Made by a program: the position numbers and the translations under genes
Virus record (IMG/VR): IMGVR_UViG_3300021964_010723
Length of the DNA stretch: 64,000 nt
Direction: 5' to 3' (one strand)
DNA from: a virus
Lineage: Duplodnaviria > Caudoviricetes
Notes under the pieces: model-generated
What the model was told of the DNA's origin: nothing
Database searches by the model: none
What the model saw: only the letters and a program-made list of their open reading frames with translations
Part shown: positions 57,001 through 64,000 of the stretch, piece by piece
How positions within the stretch are numbered: the first letter of the stretch is position 1
Layout: every line of letters starts with the position of its first letter

Positions 57001-60000
57001 AAATAAAGAAGTAAATGATGTTATAGATGTTTATGAGTTTGAGAATACTTTTGGAAGCTTTGTCCCTCAAACTCCTACAAAACTTGGCTTATTTCCTAAA
57101 TATGTTCCTCGAATTTATATAGATGACAGTATTGTACGTAAGCAGTTAGATGGTAGTAGCGGGCCATTTAAGATTTATGGATTTACTAAAAAGGAAGGAT
57201 TAGGTTGGTATTATCCAATTTTTACTGATTATGCAGCAGCTGAACAATATGACAAAAATAATAGCGGTGACGGGGAAGTATCTATAGTAAAATTTGACGA
57301 TATTCCTACAGTTTTTTACATGCCTGTGTCAAGTAAAATAATTAGTATGAATGATACTGAACAATTTGATGCATGGTACCAAGACACAGTCGTAATCCAA
57401 GGTCATGACGGTAGTAAAATTAATGCTTTTAAGGATTTTAGAGATACTTTAATTTTAGAATTAGAAAAAAGAATTTATAACAATATTAAAGTAAATTATG
57501 ATAGCGACTTGTTTGATTTACACAAAATTTTACCAAGTTTTTACAGGAAAAATTTAGTTAAAAGAGAAAATTTATATAACGCAATGTTAAATGATTTTAT
57601 AAATTGGAGTAAATTAATTAATATAGAATATGCTCCTCATTTATATTTTGATTTAACCAATCCCTATACTTATAATTATTCAAGTTCTTTTCTTCACAAT
57701 GGAGAAAAAAGTCCAGGTTGGTGGAGAGCTATATATGAATATGTTTACGATACAGATAGACCTCATACTCATCCCTGGGAAATGTTAGGATTTACAGAAA
57801 AACCAGACTGGTGGGATACCGAATATGGGGTTGGACCTTATACTAACAACAATTTACCTTTATGGCAAGATTTAGAAAATGGAATTATTAGAAAACCTTC
57901 TTTTAAAATAGATGTAAGATTTGCTAGACCAGGATTAAGTAAAATTATTCCTGTAGATGAAAAAGGTAAATTACTTAATCCTGCTTTTGCAAATATTATT
58001 AAAGAATATAATAGGCAATCAATACAAGAAAGTTTTAATTTTGGAGATGGTGGTCCTGTTGAAACTGCTTGGAAAAGAACTAGTGAATATCCTTTTAGTT
58101 TATTAAAAGCTGCGATTTTGTTACAACCTGCGTATGTTTTTTCAGGTAGTTTTGATAGGATACAGCAGAAAAGAAATATTGCAGGACAAATAATTTACAA
58201 TGTAAGTAAAAATCATATACAGTTGTCTAGCTTGCAGTTTCCAGATGAAGTAGCTAATATATTTGCAAGTGGATTAATAAATTACATAGTAGAATATCAA
58301 AATAAACATTTTTTAAATAGGTTCAATGATTATGTTGATTGTGTAAAAAATTTAAAAAATCAGTTAGGATTTAAAGTAGGTGGCTTTACTGATAAAAGTA
58401 AATTTAAATTAATATTAGACAGTAGATCACCTCTTAATAAAGGAAATGTATTTGTTCCTGATGAAAATTATGACATTTATTTGAACACAAGTTTTCCTAT
58501 AAATGAGTTTATCTATAGCGGAGTATTAATTACAAAAGAAGCAGATGGATATTATGTTAAAGGTTATGATGAAAATTTTTCTAAATTTCCTTATTATGCT
58601 CCTAGTAAAAAGAATTCGGATACAGTCCTTAATGTAGGAGGAATAAGCGAAACTTTTGTAACATGGGAGGCTGGAAAAACATATTCAAAAGATGTTATAG
58701 TAAGGGTAGATGACGTATATTATAGAACAAAAATTACTCATGTAAGTGGAGATAATTTTGACACTTCAAAATTTTCAAAATTACCAAGGTTACCGATAAT
58801 TGGCGGAGCTGTAGCAAAGTATAGACATAGTTATGATAGTTTTATAAGCTATTTAGAGTACGGAACATTGTTGCCAGAAATACAAGATGTTGTTGATTTT
58901 TTATTAGGTTATGGTCATTATTTAGAAACTGTAGGATTTAAATTTGACAAATTTTTAGAAGATACAACAGAGATAGCAGATTGGGTATACAGCGTAAAGC
59001 AATTTTTGTTTTGGACAACACAAAATTGGGGAGCTGGATCGATTATAACATTGAGTCCGGCTGCTGATGAAATAAAGTTTCATAATGATTATGCAGTTGT
59101 AGGAAACACTTCTGCATCAAGTATAGGATATAGTATTCGTAAAGCTGACGGAACAGTAATTCCTAAAGAAAACTGTAAATTTTTTAGAGATACAGACAAT
59201 TCTTTTTCTGTTAAAGTGATTGATTATTCTGGAGGCATTTATTTTATTAAAATTCCTTTAGTTACAAAGGAACATATTGTTTTAATTGATAATACAACAA
59301 TTTTTAATGATATAATTTATGATCCTACACCTGGGTATAGACAAGAAAGGATAAAAGTAGCTGGGTATAGAACAGCAAGTTGGAATGGGTCTTTAAATAT
59401 TCCTGGATTTTTTTATGACAGAGCAATTGTTAAAAATTGGACAGTTTATACAGATTATAATGCAGGAGATGTTGTTAAATTTAAAGAATTTTATTATACT
59501 GCAAAACAAAAAATATTTGGAAGTGATAACTTTGAATTTAATAAATGGAAAAGATTAGACGAAACTCCTTCAGCCAAATTGTATTCTAATTTTGATTATA
59601 AAATAGAGCAATTTAAAGATTTTTATGATTTGGATAGCGATAATTTAGATACAAATCAACAGCGTATAGCACAGCATTTAATAGGCTATCAAAAAAGGAA
59701 ATATTTACAAAACATTATTAATAGCGATGTAAGTCAATATAAATTTTATCAAGGTTACATACAGGAAAAAGGCACACGTAATGCCTTAACCAAATTGTTT
59801 GATGTTTTGTCTTCTGCAGAACAAGATAGTTTAGAATTTTATGAAGAATGGGGCGTAAGAGTTGGTATTTATGGTGGTAATGAAACTTTTGATGAATTTG
59901 ATTATGTTTTAAAAGAGAAAGATTTTAATTTAAAACCACAACCTGTTTTATTATCAAATACAACTTCTAAAACTTTAGATTATATAAATCGAATAAAAAA

Positions 60001-63000
60001 ATATGAAACTTACAATTTTCCACTTAATTATGATCATAAACCATTTCCTGTGCTAGATAAGCAAAAAATTAATTATAAAACGTCAGGATATGTTTTTTCT
60101 GATGACGTTCAACATATTAAAATTGATTGGTTAGATTTATTACAAGAAGACATAACTTTATATAATTTAAATGATATTATCTGGATAGGTAATACTATAA
60201 AAAATGATTGGGCTGTTTATCAAGTTTCAAAGTATAAAAGAAGCATTGTGCAAGTAATTGAAGGTGAGGTTTATACAGAACTACATCTAGATGGTATGTC
60301 GGATGATTTAAATGTTGATGATATTATAGGAATATACGAAATCAACAGCATAGAATCAGGAATTTCTACAGTTTTTGAAACAAGTGCATTAACAGGTTTT
60401 TTTGTAATAAAACAAATAGATAAATCTGTAATCTCAATTGATGTACCTGTTGCATTAAAAAGTGCTATAAATTACAGTAAGTTACAAATATGCAAAGGTA
60501 TAATTGTAAATTTACAATCTCTTAGGGTAAATGATGTAAACTCTTTAGCTTCGTTTAGTATAAAAAACCCTCAGCATACTCGTTTGTGGTTAGATGACGA
60601 TGGGCAAGGAAATTGGAAGGTCTTAGAAAAGGGTAGCAACTTTGTAGAGAAGCATATTATTTCTAATCCAATTATTGAGTTAAACACAAAATATGGTAGT
60701 TCTTTAGCTACAAATAGTAAAAACACTGTAATTATTGTAGGAGCACCGAACGATGGTGATGGAAAAGTTTATTTGTATAAACGAGATAGCTATGCAAGTA
60801 ATTGGAAATTTTTAGACATATTTGAGCCTGATCCTCCTACTAAAGAAGAAGTAATTGTATTACCGATAGATGGGCAGACTATCTTCGAGATAGAAACAAA
60901 TTTAGTACAACATATTAAACAAATAAATGTAAATTCAATAAAACTAAATAGCACCGAGTATTCATTAGATTTAAATTCAAATCAAGTTGTGTTTGCTAAT
61001 GTAATACCAAAAGATTCTAAAGTTATTTTTGATTTTAATTCTCATACTATTCCTTATCGATTTGGATCAAGCATTGACATTGCAGAAGATGATAATTTTA
61101 TAATTATTGGAGCACCTGATGCATCGAATATTCAAACAAGATATCAAGGAGACTTTGATAATAATACTGCTTACAATGCAGGATCAATTGTAAAATACAA
61201 TGGTTTATATTGGGAAGCTGGCGTTAACATTCCTCCAGGTACTAGTGCGTATATTTTCGAAAGTTTTTTTAGTGTAAGTAATTTCTTAGAAGAAAATAAT
61301 TTAGATAAAGAAAACAGTCCTAGGATTGATATTTTGCTAACTGGAAATTATCCTTACGCTTTTCAACAAGGAGAAGATCCTATAATTACAGACCATTTTC
61401 TTGTAAGATTAAAACAAGATATGTATGATGGAATTGCAAAAAATGATGAAATTATTCTTAAATGGAATAAATTAACTAATGCAAATCAAACACAAATAAA
61501 CCTTACTGCTACAGAACCTTTCGAAAGTAATTTAAAATTTGTAAATGATGATACACTACTATGGAGTGATGTTTTATCAAGGAGACACACTGTCCAGGAA
61601 AAAGTTGATCTTATTGTACAGGTTGATAATGCTTTGTTTACGCCTCAAGTAGGAGATACGGTCACATCTACAACAGGTATAGGAACTATTGTTTACCTAT
61701 ATAGAGAAACTATTACTAGTAATAATTTTTTGCTTTATATTAATGACGTTAGGGGATATTTCGAAACGTTGAGTTATTTAGAAATTAATGCAAATCTTTT
61801 AGGAGACTATCAAAAGGTTACTCCGGAGGATAGCATGAATAGTTACTTTGGCGGTTATGTAATGATATCCGTTGATGAATATTATCTATATCTTACAAAT
61901 AGCGATGCAGCAAAAGGTCTTGTAATAACTGAAACAATCACTGACAGTAGTAATAGTAATCTTTATTTTTATAATATATTAGATTATCCTAGCAATAGTT
62001 TGATTACGATATTAAGTTACAAAGGAACTGAGATTATAGGTTCAGGAAATTATGCTGATATAGATTCAGAATTACGTTATATTGGTATTAGAGCACCTCA
62101 AGAATTAAGTAATACACTAAATGTAGGCGACGGTTTTTCTTTTTATTATAATCAGCTTAAAAAAACAGTTACTTTCCTAAAGGTTAAAAATACAAGATTT
62201 ACGTTTCCTCCTGTTGTTGAAGAAGGAGAAATTATTACACAAAAAAATACTAAAGCTTATGCAACTGTTTCTAGCTCTGAAGTATTAGAAGATCCAGATG
62301 GAGTCACTACAGACTATTTTATTTTACAAGTACAATTTTTAAGTCAAAATGAAAATGGACCAGTATTTAATTTTATAGATGAATTAGTAGGAAGCGTAAG
62401 TGGAGAATTATTTTGCAGAGTAGTAGCTGATCCAGTTGAAGACATATATACTTCTATTAAAGAAATTGGTATACAAGAAGATGATCAATTAAATGCTAAT
62501 GATAATAGTAAGATTGTTTGGAACATATGGGATGGTTTTATTGATTATAACGAAAATAGATTTAGCGAAGAAGGATTACCTTATCAGCCTTATCCGAAAT
62601 ATTATGAAGACGGAACTGGATTTTTCTTAACAGATGCAGGACGTTCGGGGCAAATAATAAGAGAAAAAGGAACAACAAATACAGCAGAAGTAGTTTATCT
62701 ACAGAGATTAAGTCCCACGACTGTTAGAGTATTTGTTGATAATTTACAAGGAGAATGGGGAACTGGTACCCAGATTGAAATGCTTGGTATAACAAGTAAT
62801 ACACCAACTGATCCTTGGAATAGACCTAATATATATTCAGTTAATAGAGAAATAGGAACTTCAATATCTCAATCTCTTTCTTCTAACGCGGTAGGTAAAT
62901 TAATAATGATAGAAAATTCATATAATATTTCTGTTGCTTTTGATAGTACAGGGTTGCCTTTTAGAGAATTGAAAGATCAAGAGTATTGGATATATAAAAA

Positions 63001-64000
63001 TGAAATAGTTGATGGCATAGATCAATTACCAGAAATACCAAATAATCTTAGTAGAGTATGGAATGAAACATATAACATTCCTATAGATAATGCAAATGGG
63101 GCTCCTAGTGCGTTTATCAAAGAAGGAGCAGTATATTTGTATGCCAAAGTTGGTGCACAGTATTTGTTACAAAACACGTCTACATCTATTAACAAAAAAA
63201 ATAATCACAGGTACGGATCTAAAGTACAATTAACAAAAAGCAATGATTTTTATACAGGCTACATACTTGCTTTAGATGGGGATTTTGATTTTGATAATCC
63301 TGGTAAAATTTATTTTATAGGTTATGGAGAGTATGACGGTAGAACATACAATTGGGACTCTACAAAAAATAAAAATTATAGAGGTGAGTTTAATGAATTG
63401 CTGACTTATTTTAAAGGTGATATAGTTTATGTAGATAAAATATTTTACGAAGCAAAAACAAATTTACTTCCTAATGTGTTTAATGTCGTTTTTTGGATTC
63501 CAATAGAAGAATTAATTGATTTTGTAGGTTATATTCCTAATGATGTAAGTTTGCCTGTTACTTTTGATGGAGTAGATATTAGCACAATTCCTTTAACTGG
63601 TATATATGATTATGCAACAAATTTTGCTGTTAGTAAAGACGGAGAAGTTTTAGCTGTTTTTGTCAAATATGATATTGCGAATCCAAATGTAGTTGCAATA
63701 TATAGAAGATATGAAAATACGTTTACATGGAGTCAAAACATTAATGCACAAACTCCTGCATCAGCTTTTGGAGAAAGTTTAGAATTAAACGAAGATGGAA
63801 CTTTATTGTTTATTGGTGCTCCGCAAGATGATTCATTTAGTAATGCTAGTGGAATTGTTTACATTTATAAATTAGATAATTTAGAATTTAGCCTTTATCA
63901 AACTATAAACAGTCCTTATTCCCATGCTCTTGAAATGTTTGGTCATAATGTTAAAGTATCTAATAATATTTTAGCAGTGACTTCATCAAATGGAGACAGG
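54086..64000 (+). CDS. Giant baseplate wedge / structural protein (gp7-like), >3300 aa, truncated by the window end and absent from the track
   Basis: ATG at 54086 after AAAGGA. Frame spot-checked open near 57122 (IQGHDGS), 59762 (QEKGT), 62042 and the end; FG-GAP-like repeats near 60.7-61.1 kb and 63.6-64 kb. Confidence 0.7.
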   Translation, partial: MAFKNDQIEPILPADESEQRKSVNHLPKYFRTEYNQKFLSTTLDQMIQPGTVEQINGFYGRRTAKAFDYNKDIYVNDITQERQDYQLEPVTVVKDDLNNLKYYADYVDFINYLKIRNTKDIDHDVANAEEYYAWNPHIDWDKFVNFRNYYWLPNGPVTLTVAGQEKEVESEYTIRLQDNVDNFTYIFTPDGLTNNPTITLYRGQTYVFDIDTPNYPIAFVSRKTFTPGREYNEATENTSLIYTDGLVKKDENGIITDEPFLSKGVFEFAIPDNAPDVLFYISKDDPNLSGTIKIYDIIENTEINVEKEVIGKKNYKTSSGWKFSNGMKVQFAGNVFPNLYGDGEWYVEGVGTAINLINSKDLELNSLFVDDIEVEFDNKGFDDMPFDEALGYPSKKDYIVINRASNDGNLWSKYNRWFHIDVIEKSLEINQQIPSVDQFSRANRPIIEFEPNIKLHEFGTQKKQNVNLVDVITTDVFSTIEGSIGYNIDGIDLTEGMRILFLNDNDIFVKNKIFKVSFVNINNIVQITLKEETDAEPLINENVLITQGNHNKGKYFYYNGQTWQKGQEKYSINQSPLFDMYDEEDVWLKDELKYQYSQFNGNKIFSYAIGQGNDDSILGFPLQYQNIENSGDIVFIFDLLNTEFSYNNNNSVTIYKTDIAFLRKYYNKDNYELINGWEKANTYSQQSVILQLLSTNDNMYALDMYESIDLNDFWIRVFVDNSLQEQNIDYKLVTDDNNSYFLQFIKQLPLNSNIVIKTRSSKPKTNSGFYEIPASLEKNPSNDNLYQFTLGEVNDHVGSIVEELSSFTGNFPGIGNLRDLGNLSSYGKKFLKHSALYNLYSYHILDKQASVVDAVSFAQKEYSKFKRLFLQTISNIGFQGGTQQTFEKVLEEIVKGNSKDLPYYFSDMIAYSGKRINSNLIVDVDQQFFPLSTDFNLDTVSNRAVLVYKNDILLTYGVDYDFSNPGFVRVFGNKEVNDVIDVYEFENTFGSFVPQTPTKLGLFPKYVPRIYIDDSIVRKQLDGSSGPFKIYGFTKKEGLGWYYPIFTDYAAAEQYDKNNSGDGEVSIVKFDDIPTVFYMPVSSKIISMNDTEQFDAWYQDTVVIQGHDGSKINAFKDFRDTLILELEKRIYNNIKVNYDSDLFDLHKILPSFYRKNLVKRENLYNAMLNDFINWSKLINIEYAPHLYFDLTNPYTYNYSSSFLHNGEKSPGWWRAIYEYVYDTDRPHTHPWEMLGFTEKPDWWDTEYGVGPYTNNNLPLWQDLENGIIRKPSFKIDVRFARPGLSKIIPVDEKGKLLNPAFANIIKEYNRQSIQESFNFGDGGPVETAWKRTSEYPFSLLKAAILLQPAYVFSGSFDRIQQKRNIAGQIIYNVSKNHIQLSSLQFPDEVANIFASGLINYIVEYQNKHFLNRFNDYVDCVKNLKNQLGFKVGGFTDKSKFKLILDSRSPLNKGNVFVPDENYDIYLNTSFPINEFIYSGVLITKEADGYYVKGYDENFSKFPYYAPSKKNSDTVLNVGGISETFVTWEAGKTYSKDVIVRVDDVYYRTKITHVSGDNFDTSKFSKLPRLPIIGGAVAKYRHSYDSFISYLEYGTLLPEIQDVVDFLLGYGHYLETVGFKFDKFLEDTTEIADWVYSVKQFLFWTTQNWGAGSIITLSPAADEIKFHNDYAVVGNTSASSIGYSIRKADGTVIPKENCKFFRDTDNSFSVKVIDYSGGIYFIKIPLVTKEHIVLIDNTTIFNDIIYDPTPGYRQERIKVAGYRTASWNGSLNIPGFFYDRAIVKNWTVYTDYNAGDVVKFKEFYYTAKQKIFGSDNFEFNKWKRLDETPSAKLYSNFDYKIEQFKDFYDLDSDNLDTNQQRIAQHLIGYQKRKYLQNIINSDVSQYKFYQGYIQEKGTRNALTKLFDVLSSAEQDSLEFYEEWGVRVGIYGGNETFDEFDYVLKEKDFNLKPQPVLLSNTTSKTLDYINRIKKYETYNFPLNYDHKPFPVLDKQKINYKTSGYVFSDDVQHIKIDWLDLLQEDITLYNLNDIIWIGNTIKNDWAVYQVSKYKRSIVQVIEGEVYTELHLDGMSDDLNVDDIIGIYEINSIESGISTVFETSALTGFFVIKQIDKSVISIDVPVALKSAINYSKLQICKGIIVNLQSLRVNDVNSLASFSIKNPQHTRLWLDDDGQGNWKVLEKGSNFVEKHIISNPIIELNTKYGSSLATNSKNTVIIVGAPNDGDGKVYLYKRDSYASNWKFLDIFEPDPPTKEEVIVLPIDGQTIFEIETNLVQHIKQINVNSIKLNSTEYSLDLNSNQVVFANVIPKDSKVIFDFNSHTIPYRFGSSIDIAEDDNFIIIGAPDASNIQTRYQGDFDNNTAYNAGSIVKYNGLYWEAGVNIPPGTSAYIFESFFSVSNFLEENNLDKENSPRIDILLTGNYPYAFQQGEDPIITDHFLVRLKQDMYDGIAKNDEIILKWNKLTNANQTQINLTATEPFESNLKFVNDDTLLWSDVLSRRHTVQEKVDLIVQVDNALFTPQVGDTVTSTTGIGTIVYLYRETITSNNFLLYINDVRGYFETLSYLEINANLLGDYQKVTPEDSMNSYFGGYVMISVDEYYLYLTNSDAAKGLVITETITDSSNSNLYFYNILDYPSNSLITILSYKGTEIIGSGNYADIDSELRYIGIRAPQELSNTLNVGDGFSFYYNQLKKTVTFLKVKNTRFTFPPVVEEGEIITQKNTKAYATVSSSEVLEDPDGVTTDYFILQVQFLSQNENGPVFNFIDELVGSVSGELFCRVVADPVEDIYTSIKEIGIQEDDQLNANDNSKIVWNIWDGFIDYNENRFSEEGLPYQPYPKYYEDGTGFFLTDAGRSGQIIREKGTTNTAEVVYLQRLSPTTVRVFVDNLQGEWGTGTQIEMLGITSNTPTDPWNRPNIYSVNREIGTSISQSLSSNAVGKLIMIENSYNISVAFDSTGLPFRELKDQEYWIYKNEIVDGIDQLPEIPNNLSRVWNETYNIPIDNANGAPSAFIKEGAVYLYAKVGAQYLLQNTSTSINKKNNHRYGSKVQLTKSNDFYTGYILALDGDFDFDNPGKIYFIGYGEYDGRTYNWDSTKNKNYRGEFNELLTYFKGDIVYVDKIFYEAKTNLLPNVFNVVFWIPIEELIDFVGYIPNDVSLPVTFDGVDISTIPLTGIYDYATNFAVSKDGEVLAVFVKYDIANPNVVAIYRRYENTFTWSQNINAQTPASAFGESLELNEDGTLLFIGAPQDDSFSNASGIVYIYKLDNLEFSLYQTINSPYSHALEMFGHNVKVSNNILAVTSSNGDR

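Noticed and set aside
1-64000. Stop-codon reassignment (alternative genetic code)
   Set aside because: Core genes are full length in the standard code and densely packed; no fragmentation at TAG or TGA.

Overview
The window is a 64-kb AT-rich segment of a large T4-like (jumbo-type) myophage genome, carrying morphogenesis genes. From the left on the minus strand: two giant paralogous virion proteins, a cassette of tail-fibre/receptor-binding-like genes (including a five-module DUF285/BspA-like protein and an FG-GAP propeller protein), a host-type iscU, then the head module (gp23, gp22, gp21, acidic core protein, gp20) and a tape-measure-like gene. A divergent gp26-like gene follows, with a strong -1 ribosomal frameshift signal into an ORF missing from the track. 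Next is a minus-strand gp55-gp47-gp46-Holliday resolvase operon. The right end is a plus-strand baseplate operon (gp48/54-like, gp53/LysM-like, hub, spike, gp25, gp6) and a >3300-codon ORF running off the window. TAAATA late-promoter cores precede most late genes, and a near-consensus sigma70 promoter drives the gp55 operon. The least explained signals are non-coding or recoding: a ~390-nt multi-helix, probably pseudoknotted element at 39881-40265, a three-hairpin 5' leader at 27489-27580, and the frameshift cassette at 38575-38611. All family calls come from motif recognition and synteny; no searches were run.
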